A DNA stretch of 63,382 nucleotides, filler included, from an uncultured bacterium (GCA_964609495.1; 23 parts of 23 records of this genome joined end to end with filler, not necessarily neighbours in it); one strand, 5' to 3'; shown: positions 9,919-20,579, counted from the whole stretch's first letter. The notes: generated from the letters alone by a model not told the origin. Numbers and translations are program-made.

Positions 9919-11280
9919 ATGGCAGCAATTCTGATCATCGATGATGAAGAGGCGATATGCGCTTTTCTTAAATATTTACTGGAGAAGAACTACGAGGTTC
10001 TAACGGCAGGAACCGGTGAAAAAGGATTAAATATCCTGAATTCAAGTGAGGTGGATTTAGTTCTTCTCGACCTCAAATTGCCTGATAGTGATGGTATTTC
10101 TATCCTTGAGCAGATACAGAAATATGAACAGGATCTACCGGTTATCATTTTCACCGCTTACGGATCTGTAGAAAGTGCGGTCCAAGCTATGAAGCTGGGA
10201 GCCTTCGATTATATCAATAAGCCATTTGATATAGGTGAATTAGAACTGCTTATCGAGAGAGCCTTGGAGATCTATACTCTGCGACAGGAAGTAAATCGCC
10301 TAAGGATAGAGAGGGGAGAAAAAGGAACAGGATGGATCATAGGACAGAACTCTAAGATGCGACAGGTGTTATACTTAGCCGATAAAGTGGCCAATAGCGA
10401 GGTAAGTGTCTTGATACAAGGTGAGAGCGGCACCGGGAAGGAGGTCGTAGCTAATTATATCCATCGAAGGGGAGCCCGATCGGCGAAGCCTTTTATAGCT
10501 CTCAACTGTGCGGCTATACCGAACAATCTTATGGAAAGCGAGCTTTTTGGCTTCGAGGCTGGAGCTTTTACCGATGCTAAGCAGCAGAAGAAGGGATTAT
10601 TTGAGCTAGCTAACAAGGGGACTATCTTCCTCGATGAGATAGGTAGTATGAAGTTAGAGGTTCAGGCGAAACTACTTCGGGTTCTGGAGACCAAAACCTT
10701 CCGTCGTGTTGGAGGAGTCAAGGATATCAAAACCGATGTTCGCTTCATCTCCGCGACTAATCATAATCTTCAATTATTGATGCAGGACAATCTATTTCGT
10801 CAGGATTTATACTATCGCCTCAGTGTTATAGTAATTAAGCTTCCTCCTTTGAGAGAGCAACCAGATAATCTCCCTCTCTTCATAGCCGCCTTTATAGCTG
10901 AATTCAATAGAGCTATGGGGAGAGACATTAAAGGTATCTCTCCCTCAGCCCTCCAACTTATGCGAAGTTACCCCTGGCCAGGGAACATAAGGGAGTTGAG
11001 AAATGTTATTGAGAGAGCTTTTATCCTTTGCGATGGAGATGAGATTAAGGATAGGAATCTACCTCTTGCCATCCCCTCTTCCAAATATATTCCTAAGGGG
11101 GAGGAAATGATCGATCTAGCGGGAGATATGTCCTTAGAAGATAGGTTAGAATTATCTGAGAAAAAGATAATCGAGGGCGCTCTAAGGGAGGTGGGAGGAA
11201 ATCAAAGTCGGGCTGCCAAGATGTTAGGTATATCCCGATATAAATTGCGTTATCGAATGCAGAAGTATGATCTACTATAG
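9919..11280 (+). CDS. sigma54-dependent response regulator (NtrC family: REC-AAA+-Fis HTH)
   Basis: GESGTGKE, ESELFG..GAFTDA, FLDEIG, WPGNIREL, NQSRAAKMLGISR. Confidence 0.97.
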   Translation: MAAILIIDDEEAICAFLKYLLEKNYEVLTAGTGEKGLNILNSSEVDLVLLDLKLPDSDGISILEQIQKYEQDLPVIIFTAYGSVESAVQAMKLGAFDYINKPFDIGELELLIERALEIYTLRQEVNRLRIERGEKGTGWIIGQNSKMRQVLYLADKVANSEVSVLIQGESGTGKEVVANYIHRRGARSAKPFIALNCAAIPNNLMESELFGFEAGAFTDAKQQKKGLFELANKGTIFLDEIGSMKLEVQAKLLRVLETKTFRRVGGVKDIKTDVRFISATNHNLQLLMQDNLFRQDLYYRLSVIVIKLPPLREQPDNLPLFIAAFIAEFNRAMGRDIKGISPSALQLMRSYPWPGNIRELRNVIERAFILCDGDEIKDRNLPLAIPSSKYIPKGEEMIDLAGDMSLEDRLELSEKKIIEGALREVGGNQSRAAKMLGISRYKLRYRMQKYDLL

Positions 11281-11285
11281 TAGGT

Positions 11286-11359
11286 TGTGTGTTTTTACAC
11301 TATATGTGGGGAATTACACACCTAGGTTTTTGAGTAGTTAATATGTGGGAAATCACACG
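11286..11359. promoter_or_regulatory. three putative enhancer (bEBP UAS) boxes TGTG-N7-ACAC
   Basis: Boxes start at 11286, 11305 and 11344; the middle one is a perfect TGT-N10-ACA. Confidence 0.6.
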
Positions 11360-11822
11360 CATATCATGATCCATCACGAGAAGTTCCCCGAGGCAAGCCT
11401 CAGGGTTTTCTTGGCACGATTATATAACCTAGCTATCCTCTCGATATGTTTCCCGAGAATATCATCACAAAACCTTCCTTAGTGTTCACTCCCCTTCTTG
11501 CTAAAGAAGACATTCCTGAAGAGAGATTGCTTTTGTTACCACTACTGTGGAAAATTCTCCTATGGATATCATTTCTTACTTCCTCTTCCTCACATCTCCC
11601 TCATCTGTGTCAATTTTCATAAATGTATTTAATATCGCTTTTCTATTTCAAGGCATACATCTTTAAGTGACAGTTATATTGATTTTGCAGAAACTTCCCC
11701 TCGGTACTTTGCAGGATATATAATATGATATAATATTAACATTTTATCGTTTCATTTTACAATAATATTCATTCACATATCTATCATACCACCCAGCAAT
11801 CGCAAAGGAACTCTTTTGATTA

Positions 11823-11839
11823 AAGGTATGATATTTGCT
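11823..11839 (+). promoter_or_regulatory. putative sigma54 -24/-12 promoter
   Basis: AAGGTATGATATTTGCT: GG(11825-6)-N10-GC(11837-8) with TTGCT. Confidence 0.5.
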
Positions 11840-12042
11840 CTTTATAGATGTTAAACGACCCAAGTCTACCTAAGTGCATATATCTACTATTTTAAGTAGT
11901 TTCAAATAAATAAGTTCCTATTCTTAGTTTTTTGCTAGTGAGNNNNNNNNNNNNNNNNNNNNNNNNNNNNNNNNNNNNNNNNNNNNTTAATTAATTAANN
12001 NNNNNNNNNNNNNNNNNNNNNNNNNNNNNNNNNNNNNNNNNN

Positions 12043-13331
12043 GCTATCACCCTCTTAGCCAAGAGGCGATGTCTCCTTTTAACCTCTTCTTTTACCAGAG
12101 GTCCCCTAGTTGCCTCCCCATCCGCTAAGGATAGCAGAATGACATCTAGGCTCTCATTCTCCATCTTTCGGCAAAATCGGGCTATAGCTTTAGAGGATGG
12201 GGAGATTCCCTTCTCATCATCAAACAAGTTCTCAGCTAGACTTAGATGGAGAGGATACATATGACCTCGAACCACCTTTCGTAATATCTTTACCTCCTTT
12301 GAACTGAGTCTTAACCTTCGGGTGATCTTCGCCGCGATATCCGATCCGATCTTCTCATGCTCAGTGAACTTAATTCTCCCTTCCTCATCTTCAATTCTGG
12401 TTAATGGTTTACCTATATCGTGTAGTAGGATCCCAAATTTAAGTAGAGCCTCTCTCCTCCTCCCTCCCGCCAATCTCTCGGAAAGATGTTTATATATCCA
12501 CTTCGTTTGTTTATCATCCTCGCATAAGCTACTTAGCTCCTGCCTCAATCTCTCCCATTCCTCAAGAGCTAGGAGCGAATGTCCCCAGGCAGAGAGATGG
12601 TGATACCCTCCCTGTTTAAGATCCCGCAGGTCTTCGATCTCAGGGATAATAACGGTCAAAAGCCCTAGAGAATCTAGATGAGCTATGTATTCATAGCTAT
12701 CATCGACCGCTAGGATCTTAAATAATTCATCCCTTATTCTCTCCGCGGAGATTTTGGAGAGGAGAGGAGCTAACTGACGAATATATCGAAGAGTATCAGG
12801 CTCTATCTCGAATTTGAAAGTGGCGGCCAATCGCACCGCTCGGAGGAGGCGGAGAGGGTCATCTACCAAAGCTTGAGGAGATATAATTCTAATAATTCCC
12901 CTCTTGAGATCGGATAGCCCCTCATAGGGATCTATCAACTGATCATCAGCTACATCGTTCGCTTCATTTAAATCATTTAGATCTATAGCCATAGCGTTGA
13001 TAGTGAAATCCCTCTCCTTGAGATCGTCCTCTATCCTATCTCCCCGAAGTCGGGTTAGATCCCAAATCGAAGTGCCAATCTCATTTTTCACGACCACTCT
13101 AGCTGTGCAATGTTCTTGGTCTAAAGGGACAAAGCTACCCCCGATCGAGATCGCCCATTGCCAAGCGAATTCCATCGCCTTGCCCTTTACAACCAGATCG
13201 ATATCTAACCCCTCTCGACCCAGGAGAATATCCCGAACAGCTCCCCCTACTAAATAAATCTTCTCTGAACGAGTGTCAGATAGAGTTTTCAGGCTTTGCC
13301 AGAGCTCCCTATAACTTTCCATACTCCCCAA
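12043..13331 (-). CDS. class II tRNA nucleotidyltransferase / poly(A) polymerase family with HD domain (3' truncated)
   Basis: YLVGGAVRD..DIDL, RDFTINAMA, DDPLRLLRA, SAERIRDEL, LLHDIGKP. Confidence 0.93.
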
Positions 13332-13347
13332 TCATATAAAAAATAAG

Positions 13348-14430
13348 TTAATTCCTTCCCTCAGCTATCTTCTTGACCAGCTCCAGATAGTAACAGTAAT
13401 TCTCAAAGGGGACATCGGGCGGAACGGCATGATCAATTGAGGGGATCCAGCCACCCGACTCGACCAAGAATGGGACTTTAGCCATAACCTCTTTCTCAAT
13501 AGCTTTCTTATCCTTAGCCAAAACTTTCTTATCGATCCCCCCGACCATATTTAAATCTTTGCCATATTCCTTTCTAAGGAGAACTGGGTTTTCTCCAGCC
13601 GCTACCTCCAAAGGATATACGCCAGTCAATCCCCCTTCTAACCAGAGGGGAATAAGCTCATTGTGATTCCCATCACAATCTACTAATACAATATCTATCC
13701 CATGTTTCCTCAGTAGATCGGTGATCTTTATATACTGAGGGATCATGAACTTCCTGAAGTGTTTAGGTGAGATAAGACTTCCCTTATTAAAAGCCATATC
13801 CTCCCAAAAGACGGCGTAGTCGATATCAGGTATCTGCTCTAAGGCTGGAGTGATCGTCTCAATCACAAAATCAGCGATGAACTCCATCATCTCCTGAATC
13901 AGAGCGGGATCGTCATAGAAGGTAACAGCTATATTCTCCAATCCCATCCAATTACGCGGCCAACCGAAGATGCTTCCCACATGGATCGCTATAGGATAAT
14001 CTCGATCCTTGATAGAACGCTTATAGTCCTCCCAATAAAGAGAATAGCGACAGGGTGATTTAGAATTGAGACGTTTCTTAAACTCTCGGAAGCTATCCCG
14101 ATCTCTCACTGGGAAGGATATGTATTGAGGGATTGTCTGAGGTTTCTCCTTAAACCTTCGCAAGATCACTCCATCCGGGTTCTGTTCGGTGCGGGTATCC
14201 ACATCCTCGGAGATTATCTTCCATCTGAAAGGAGGAGCTATCCTCAGACTCACTGGCACAAATTCGCGACGATCAAGGCCAAAGTATCCCTTAACATGAA
14301 CATCTCCCGGCATCCCCTCATCTTCCCACCGCTCAAGCGCCTCCTCCCAATATCCTATGATCTCCCAATAAGGCACTCGATCTGGATTACCAAAATGCAT
14401 AGTCTCCAAAAATCTCTCTCTAGCATTCAT
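13348..14430 (-). CDS. uroporphyrinogen decarboxylase / MtaA-CmuA family protein
   Basis: RERFL..M.F..PDRVP, WEDMAF, SLISP..F, VDCDG, GGWIPSIDHAVPPD. Confidence 0.9.
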   Translation of the reverse strand: MNARERFLETMHFGNPDRVPYWEIIGYWEEALERWEDEGMPGDVHVKGYFGLDRREFVPVSLRIAPPFRWKIISEDVDTRTEQNPDGVILRRFKEKPQTIPQYISFPVRDRDSFREFKKRLNSKSPCRYSLYWEDYKRSIKDRDYPIAIHVGSIFGWPRNWMGLENIAVTFYDDPALIQEMMEFIADFVIETITPALEQIPDIDYAVFWEDMAFNKGSLISPKHFRKFMIPQYIKITDLLRKHGIDIVLVDCDGNHNELIPLWLEGGLTGVYPLEVAAGENPVLLRKEYGKDLNMVGGIDKKVLAKDKKAIEKEVMAKVPFLVESGGWIPSIDHAVPPDVPFENYCYYLELVKKIAEGRN

Positions 14431-14780
14431 AGGTTTATCTCCTTTCTTTAATTTAATTAATATCTCCTTCTCAAATCCACCCCGATCTCTTGCAGAACTT
14501 CTATCTCATTATAATCCTGCTTAACTAGAAGAAGCTGAAGCTATCCAGCATCTTCTCATAGATGGGTTTAACTAGAAGGAAGGTTTTTTCCCAAGAACTT
14601 CCAATTAAGAGATATGCGATATCGCCATACTCTTTTGAGCATAGTAACCACCTCTAAACTAAACTTTCCCTCATGATTACTAGATGAGAATGACATCAGT
14701 TATCGAGTATGACGGTTCTTATCTCTGCTATATTTTAACACAAAACTTCAACTTTCTCAAGTGTATTAAGTATTAAGGAT

Positions 14781-14872
14781 GCATATAGATCGGGGATCAA
14801 AATGATTTCAGATCGAATTATAACTCCCCCTCACCCTGGCCCTCTCCCACGAGGGGAGAGGGAACATCGAGA
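14781..14872 (+). repeat. REP-like hairpin with shared upstream leader, at contig end
   Basis: GCATATAGA..TCGGGGATCAAAA..ATGATTTCAGATCGA leader (also at 47824) plus CCCCCTCACCCTGGCCCTCTCCCACGAGGGGAGAGGGAAC (14826-14865). Confidence 0.85.
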
Positions 14873-14972
14873 NNNNNNNNNNNNNNNNNNNNNNNNNNNN
14901 NNNNNNNNNNNNNNNNTTAATTAATTAANNNNNNNNNNNNNNNNNNNNNNNNNNNNNNNNNNNNNNNNNNNN

Positions 14973-15423
14973 CGGCTGTCACCTTCTCTTCATCACTTAA
15001 GCATCCCGTCTCAATAATTACTTTAAAGGGGATTTTGCATGAATGGGCAATTGACAACACCGCTTTGATATCCTCAGCTACCCGAGAATAATTGCCTTCC
15101 TTAAATGCACCTATATTCATTACCATATCCATATCCGTCGCTCCGTGCTTCAACCCCTCTTCAGCCTCAAAACATTTCACCGCTGTCGTATTACCACCAC
15201 AGGGGAATCCGACAGGGATCTGGACCAATATGCCACTGCCGGCTAATTCCTTCGCCATCAACCTGACGTATTGCGGAAAAGCGACAACAGCTCGAAACTT
15301 ATACTGTTTGGCTATACTACATGCTGTTCTCACTAAATCCTCGCCTGCTTCGATCTTCAAGGCATGAGAATAGTCAACTACTGAGAGCAACTTGCGAATC
15401 TCATTATTACTGATATTTAACAT
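14973..15423 (-). CDS. deoC: deoxyribose-phosphate aldolase (3' truncated)
   Basis: VGFPCG, VK.FEA, GATDMDMVMNIG, KVIIETG. Confidence 0.92.
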
Positions 15424-15492
15424 AATACCCCTCCTAGATACATAGTGAACAAACTACCAACTTGATATAATTCTGCTTTATCCCTAGCCTAT

Positions 15493-15521
15493 AGTATATC
15501 AAACTTAAAGGTTAGTGTCAA
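15493..15521 (-). promoter_or_regulatory. sigma70 promoter for deoC
   Basis: TTGACA(15521-15516)-17 bp-TATACT(15498-15493) with extended -10. Confidence 0.7.
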
Positions 15522-15653
15522 TCCAATCGGGATAGTAATTATCCAAGATTTAACCGTCCTAAATCCTCAAGGTCTGTTTACAATATCGGACATTTATGAT
15601 AAAATTATAATCAACCTATCAATTGAAAAATTCTAATTACAAGGGGAAGCAAG

Positions 15654-16793
15654 ATGGAAATTTTCGATAGAACAAAATTGGAAGTTCTAACTTTAGCCCA
15701 GCGAGAGAGTAAATCATCTATTCAGGAAATTGCGCTCGACCCTGAGGCAGAACCTCCTAGTTTCCAGGGAGATTATGAAGTAATAGAGAGGATAGCTGAC
15801 GCCATTCTTCAAGCAAGGGAACATAGTAGAGCTATTATCATCGCCTATGGCGCCCATTTAATAAAGAATGGTCTGGGGACCCTCCTCAGGAGAATGATTG
15901 ATAGAGGTTTCGTAACCCATCTAGCAACAAATGGCGCTGGTTCTATTCATGATTGGGAATTTGCCTTTCAAGGAAGATCTGAAGAGGATGTCAGGAAATA
16001 TGCTCAAGAAGGTCAGTTTGGGATATGGGACGAAACTGGGAGATATATTAATTTAGCCCTCCTTATTGGATCCGCTTCGGGGAAAGGATATGGAGAATCT
16101 ATAGGCGAATTGATTCATACTGATAAATTAGTTATTCCAACTCCGGAGGCGATCAAGTCGAAACTCAAGCTTGGGTTAAGTCAGTTAATAAATAGCTCCC
16201 CTTTAACTGAAGATCTTGCAGGATTGGCTGACTTATTAACAACTATTGAAACTTTAGGTCAGAAATGTGGTATCAAGACAGGGGAGATAAAAGTCGAACA
16301 TCCGTTTAAAAAATATAGTGTTCAAGATGCTGCCTATGCTTATGAAGTTCCAATTACAGTTCATCCGGGTATTGGATATGACATAATTTACACTCATCCC
16401 TTAAATCATTGTGCGGCAATTGGAAGAGTGGCAGGACGAGATTTTTTAAGTTATGTAGCAAGCGTATCCGATCTGGAAGGAGGGGTCTATCTTTCGATAG
16501 GTTCTGCGATAATGTCCCCGATGATATTTGAGAAGTCCTTATCGATGGCGAGAAATGTCGCGAGACAGGAGGGGAGACAAATAAAAGATTTTCTGCTTGT
16601 GGTCAATGATATTCAACCAGGAGAATGGCAGTGGGGGACAGGAATTGAACCGGGGAAAGATGACCCTGCCTATTACCTGAGATTTTGTAAGACATTTGAC
16701 AGAATGGGCGCAAGAGAAATGCGATATGTTAACGCTGATAACAGAGCATTTTTATTAAATCTATACCATGCTTTAAATGATAGGAGTAGATAG
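15654..16793 (+). CDS. deoxyhypusine synthase-like fold protein (GSU2086-like), function unknown
   Basis: YGAHLIKNGL, HLATNGAGSIHDWE, EGQFGIWDETG, TVHPGIGYDI, LSIGSAIMSPMIFEK. Confidence 0.65.
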   Translation: MEIFDRTKLEVLTLAQRESKSSIQEIALDPEAEPPSFQGDYEVIERIADAILQAREHSRAIIIAYGAHLIKNGLGTLLRRMIDRGFVTHLATNGAGSIHDWEFAFQGRSEEDVRKYAQEGQFGIWDETGRYINLALLIGSASGKGYGESIGELIHTDKLVIPTPEAIKSKLKLGLSQLINSSPLTEDLAGLADLLTTIETLGQKCGIKTGEIKVEHPFKKYSVQDAAYAYEVPITVHPGIGYDIIYTHPLNHCAAIGRVAGRDFLSYVASVSDLEGGVYLSIGSAIMSPMIFEKSLSMARNVARQEGRQIKDFLLVVNDIQPGEWQWGTGIEPGKDDPAYYLRFCKTFDRMGAREMRYVNADNRAFLLNLYHALNDRSR

Positions 16794-16794
16794 G

Positions 16795-17526
16795 ATGGAT
16801 GAAAAAAGGGAGTTTATCGATAATTTACTAAGGGATCACAAAGGGATCACCTCAATAGTGAGCGATATGAGATGTGAGCATCCGATAGTTCTCGATATTC
16901 TTTACGAGTTTTCCCAAAGAAACCCAGCCTTGAGGGAATCAATTCCCGCTCTAGTTAAAGCTTATGATGTTATCACCAATTGTTTTGCCAAAGATGGCAC
17001 TTTATACTTATGCGGAAATGGGGGAAGTTATGCCGATTCTCTCCATATCTCTGGTGAATTATTAAAATCTTTTGAGAGAGATAGGAGTTTAGGGCTAGAG
17101 GATAAAGCAAAGTTCGGCGGACTTCCTTTCGGGGAAGATCTAGCTGAAAAATTAGAATATGGCTTTAGAGTTGTTGTCTTAGGTCAAAACCCTGTTTTAG
17201 TAAGCGCCTACGCTAATGATGTAGATCCTGATATGATTTACGCTCAACATATCTGGGCGATGAATCCCAATGAAGAAGATGTTCTAATGGCTATAAGTAC
17301 AAGCGGTAGGGCGAAGAATGTCAGGTATGCGGTTAGTGTGGCAAAAGCTAAGAATTTAACCATAATAAGTTTGACGGGCCCTGACGGAGGCGACCTTGCA
17401 AGAGTAGCTGATATACCGATTAAAACACCGGGAATCTCAACAGCATATATTCAAGAGACCGGATTACCCGTTTATCACGCTTTGTGTTCGATGGTCGAAG
17501 CCCACTTTTTCCCTGAGCCAAGATAG
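16795..17526 (+). CDS. SIS-domain sugar-phosphate isomerase (GmhA-like)
   Basis: CGNGGSYADSLHISGEL, AYAND, AISTSG, SLTG..GG, IQE..LPVYH. Confidence 0.9.
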   Translation: MDEKREFIDNLLRDHKGITSIVSDMRCEHPIVLDILYEFSQRNPALRESIPALVKAYDVITNCFAKDGTLYLCGNGGSYADSLHISGELLKSFERDRSLGLEDKAKFGGLPFGEDLAEKLEYGFRVVVLGQNPVLVSAYANDVDPDMIYAQHIWAMNPNEEDVLMAISTSGRAKNVRYAVSVAKAKNLTIISLTGPDGGDLARVADIPIKTPGISTAYIQETGLPVYHALCSMVEAHFFPEPR

Positions 17527-17894
17527 TGGCTTACTCTCAATCCCCTGGAAGGAAAGGAACTTCTCAGTTAATAGTTAAAATCAAAAAATGCTCTAATGAA
17601 GGAAAGTGACTCCTGATGTAATAAAAGGAGGATGCATAGATGAAAAAAGATAATCAAAGCCCTATACTGACGAAAAAAACGCCGACAATACCGAAATATG
17701 TTCTTGATAACCTCGACGTGTTTATACCTTGGGATCTACGCCATCCGAGATAACTCTGGGCATTTGCCCGTCTCGCGCCCGCATACAAGCGAACNNNNNN
17801 NNNNNNNNNNNNNNNNNNNNNNNNNNNNNNNNNNNNNNTTAATTAATTAANNNNNNNNNNNNNNNNNNNNNNNNNNNNNNNNNNNNNNNNNNNN

Positions 17895-17981
17895 GCTCAC
17901 TATATCAAAACGGCGGTGGAAATGGGATTGGGGACTAATGATCCCAATCGAATAGAGGAGATAAAGCTCGATTTAGGATAA
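17895..17981 (+). CDS. C-terminal fragment of a probable DUF362-type protein
   Basis: AHYIKTAVEMGLGTNDPNRIEEIKLDLG* resembles the C-terminus of the downstream DUF362 protein (HIVEANNRGLGEID). Confidence 0.55.
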   Translation, partial: AHYIKTAVEMGLGTNDPNRIEEIKLDLG

Positions 17982-17994
17982 TAGGAGGTTATAG

Positions 17995-18939
17995 ATGGAA
18001 CATAAGATATCAAGGCGCGATTTTCTGAAAGGCTGTGGAATAGCAGGCTTAGGGTTAAGCTTGGCTTCTATCGCGCCTGGGATAGTAAAGGGTGTTCTGG
18101 CGGAGGAATCAGCTCTATCGGAGGGATTAGATATAGTAGCGGTGAAGGGAGATACGGCAAAAGCGGTTAGAGCCGCGGTGGAGACTCTAGGGGGAATGGC
18201 TAAATTTGTGAGTAGGGGAGATAAGGTCGTAATAAAGCCCAATATGTCCTTCCCTAATCCCGCGGTTTGGGGAACTACCACTAGCCCCGAGGTAGTGGTC
18301 GAGATAGCCAAGATGTGCCTCGAAGCTGGGGCGAAAAAGGTATTGATCCTGGATCATCCTTTGCGTCGTCCTGAGATATGTCTAGCTAAGGCTGGAATAA
18401 AGGATGCTTGTGAGGGATTAGATGATACCTTCGTCTTCGTCTTAGCTGAGGAGAAATTTTTCAAAGAGGTCAACATCCCTCAAGGTGAGAGCGTTCATAA
18501 GGTCAAGCTAATGAAGGATGTGTTGGAAAGCGATGTCCTGATCAACGTGCCAACTGCGAAATCCCATATGGCAACGGGAGTGAGTTTAGGGCTTAAAGGT
18601 CTGATGGGATTAATCTGGGATAGAGGCGAATTTCACAGGCTCGATCTCAATCGATGTATAGTCGATCTCAATACCATTGTTAAACGCGATCTAACGATTA
18701 TAGATTGCAATCGAGCGTTGGTAACTGCTGGGCCTGGTGGTCCTGGCGAGATAGAGGAACTTAATACGATCGTTGCCGGAATAGATCCGGTCGCGATCGA
18801 TTCCTACGTCGTTCCTATGGCTGAGTGGTATGGACATAGCTTCTCTGGATCGCAAGTCAAACATATCGTTGAGGCAAATAATAGAGGATTAGGAGAGATC
18901 GATATAGACAAATTGAAGGTAAGGAACTTAGAGGTATGA
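17995..18939 (+). CDS. Tat-exported DUF362 family protein
   Basis: SRRDFLK twin-arginine signal, VVIKPN, INVPTAKSH, LGLKGLMG, DPVAID. Confidence 0.9.
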   Translation: MEHKISRRDFLKGCGIAGLGLSLASIAPGIVKGVLAEESALSEGLDIVAVKGDTAKAVRAAVETLGGMAKFVSRGDKVVIKPNMSFPNPAVWGTTTSPEVVVEIAKMCLEAGAKKVLILDHPLRRPEICLAKAGIKDACEGLDDTFVFVLAEEKFFKEVNIPQGESVHKVKLMKDVLESDVLINVPTAKSHMATGVSLGLKGLMGLIWDRGEFHRLDLNRCIVDLNTIVKRDLTIIDCNRALVTAGPGGPGEIEELNTIVAGIDPVAIDSYVVPMAEWYGHSFSGSQVKHIVEANNRGLGEIDIDKLKVRNLEV

Positions 18940-20579
18940 GAGCGAGAAAGATCGTTCAACTGATGTTTCTAGGGCTATTCCTAGCTCTATTCTTCCTTGC
19001 CAAGTATCCATTTTCAGGAGCCCTCCCCGCGGATATATTTCTGAGGATAGATCCGCTCATCGCGATCAGCACCTCGCTGGCTTCCCGAACGATCACATCT
19101 GGCTTTTTCCTCTCTCTTCTGTTGATAGGAGCGACTCTTTTTATAGGTCGCTTCTTCTGTGGTTATGTCTGTCCCCTGGGAACAGTCATCGATCTCTCCG
19201 ATCGCTTCTTCAAGCGAAGAAAGAGACGCGTAAACGAATTTAAGGAGCTCCAGAATATCAAATACTATATCCTAGCTTCTGTGCTGGTATCTGCTATAGC
19301 GGCGATCTCCCTCTTCGTCTTCTTAGACCCGATATCGCTGATCACAAGAACCTTCGCGGTATTCCTCTATCCCCTGGTTATATTCGTCCTCAACCTATTC
19401 CTCGACATTATTCGTCCCTTAGCCCATAGGTTAGATCTGACATCCCTAGCCTATACCTACTATATCCAACCGGTCTTTGCTATGAATGCGCTGATCTTAG
19501 TGATCTTCGCGGTGGTAATAGGACTGAATGCTATTCAACCTAGATTTTGGTGTCGCAACCTCTGTCCTTTAGGAGCTTTACTCAGCGTCTTCTCCAGGTT
19601 TGGGCTTTGGAAGAGGAAGGTAGCGGATGGATGTATCGATTGCGGTCGCTGTCAGCGAGATTGCCCGATGGGAGCGATAAAGGAGGATCCCAGGGAAACA
19701 TCAGCTAGGGAATGTATCCAGTGTCAGACCTGTTCCGCGGTTTGCCCCGAGAGTGTTATATCCTTCCCTGCTAGTTCGTTATCCCCTGCTGGCTATGAGC
19801 CAGAGGTCGATCTATCGAGGCGCAATTTCCTGTTTTCCGCTGGGATCGGCTTACTGACTGGTTTCCTAGCCAATACCACAACTACTGCAAAAGTTAGGGA
19901 TGATCGCCTCCTTCGTCCTCCTGGAGCGATTCCCGAGGCGATGTTCCTCGATACTTGTGTTAGGTGTGGAGAGTGCATTAAGGCTTGCGTAACTAATACT
20001 ATACAACCCAGTGGAGTAGATACCGGATGGGAGGGACTTTGGACACCTCGCCTCAATATGAGACTAGCCGCTTGTGAACAGAAATGCAATGTATGTGGTA
20101 TGGTATGCCCCACTCAAGCTATTCGCAAGTTAGATCTTAGGGAGAAGAAGTTCGCTAAGATAGGCACTGCGGTCATCAACCGCCACAAATGTCTCGTTTG
20201 GGAGCAGGATAAATTATGTCTTATCTGCGATGAACAGTGTCCTTACAATGCTATTATCTTCAAGACAGTTGAGGGAATGAGAAGGCCATTTGTGTTGGAG
20301 GATAGATGCAATGGTTGCGGTCAGTGCGAACATAAATGTCCAGTCCAAGGGGAGGCCGCGATAGTGGTAACCTATAATGGTGAGATAAGATTAAAGGAAG
20401 GATCCTATATAGAGGAGACGAGAAGGAGGGGAATAGAATTGATAGAGAGAGAGGGAGAGTATGTCTCTCCCACTATGGAAGAGGATATTTGGGAGACTGA
20501 GGAGGAGATCCCCGAGGGCTTTATGCCAGATGATTCAGGAACTGAGGATGAACTACCACCAGGATTTATAACCGATTAA
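18936..20579 (+). CDS. membrane polyferredoxin (NapH/MauN-like fused to NapG/MauM-like)
   Basis: GRFFCGYVCPLG, RFWCRNLCPLG, multiple CxxCxxCxxxCP, LRPPGA. Confidence 0.92.
   Translation: MRARKIVQLMFLGLFLALFFLAKYPFSGALPADIFLRIDPLIAISTSLASRTITSGFFLSLLLIGATLFIGRFFCGYVCPLGTVIDLSDRFFKRRKRRVNEFKELQNIKYYILASVLVSAIAAISLFVFLDPISLITRTFAVFLYPLVIFVLNLFLDIIRPLAHRLDLTSLAYTYYIQPVFAMNALILVIFAVVIGLNAIQPRFWCRNLCPLGALLSVFSRFGLWKRKVADGCIDCGRCQRDCPMGAIKEDPRETSARECIQCQTCSAVCPESVISFPASSLSPAGYEPEVDLSRRNFLFSAGIGLLTGFLANTTTTAKVRDDRLLRPPGAIPEAMFLDTCVRCGECIKACVTNTIQPSGVDTGWEGLWTPRLNMRLAACEQKCNVCGMVCPTQAIRKLDLREKKFAKIGTAVINRHKCLVWEQDKLCLICDEQCPYNAIIFKTVEGMRRPFVLEDRCNGCGQCEHKCPVQGEAAIVVTYNGEIRLKEGSYIEETRRRGIELIEREGEYVSPTMEEDIWETEEEIPEGFMPDDSGTEDELPPGFITD

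Noticed and set aside
11411-11427. TTGGCACG as a sigma54 promoter
   Set aside because: Perfect -24 element but the -12 position reads TA instead of GC; the 11823 site fits better
14470-14700. Possible gene remnant (..PIYEKMLDSFSFF*) on the minus strand
   Set aside because: Short, interrupted by stops, family assignment too uncertain
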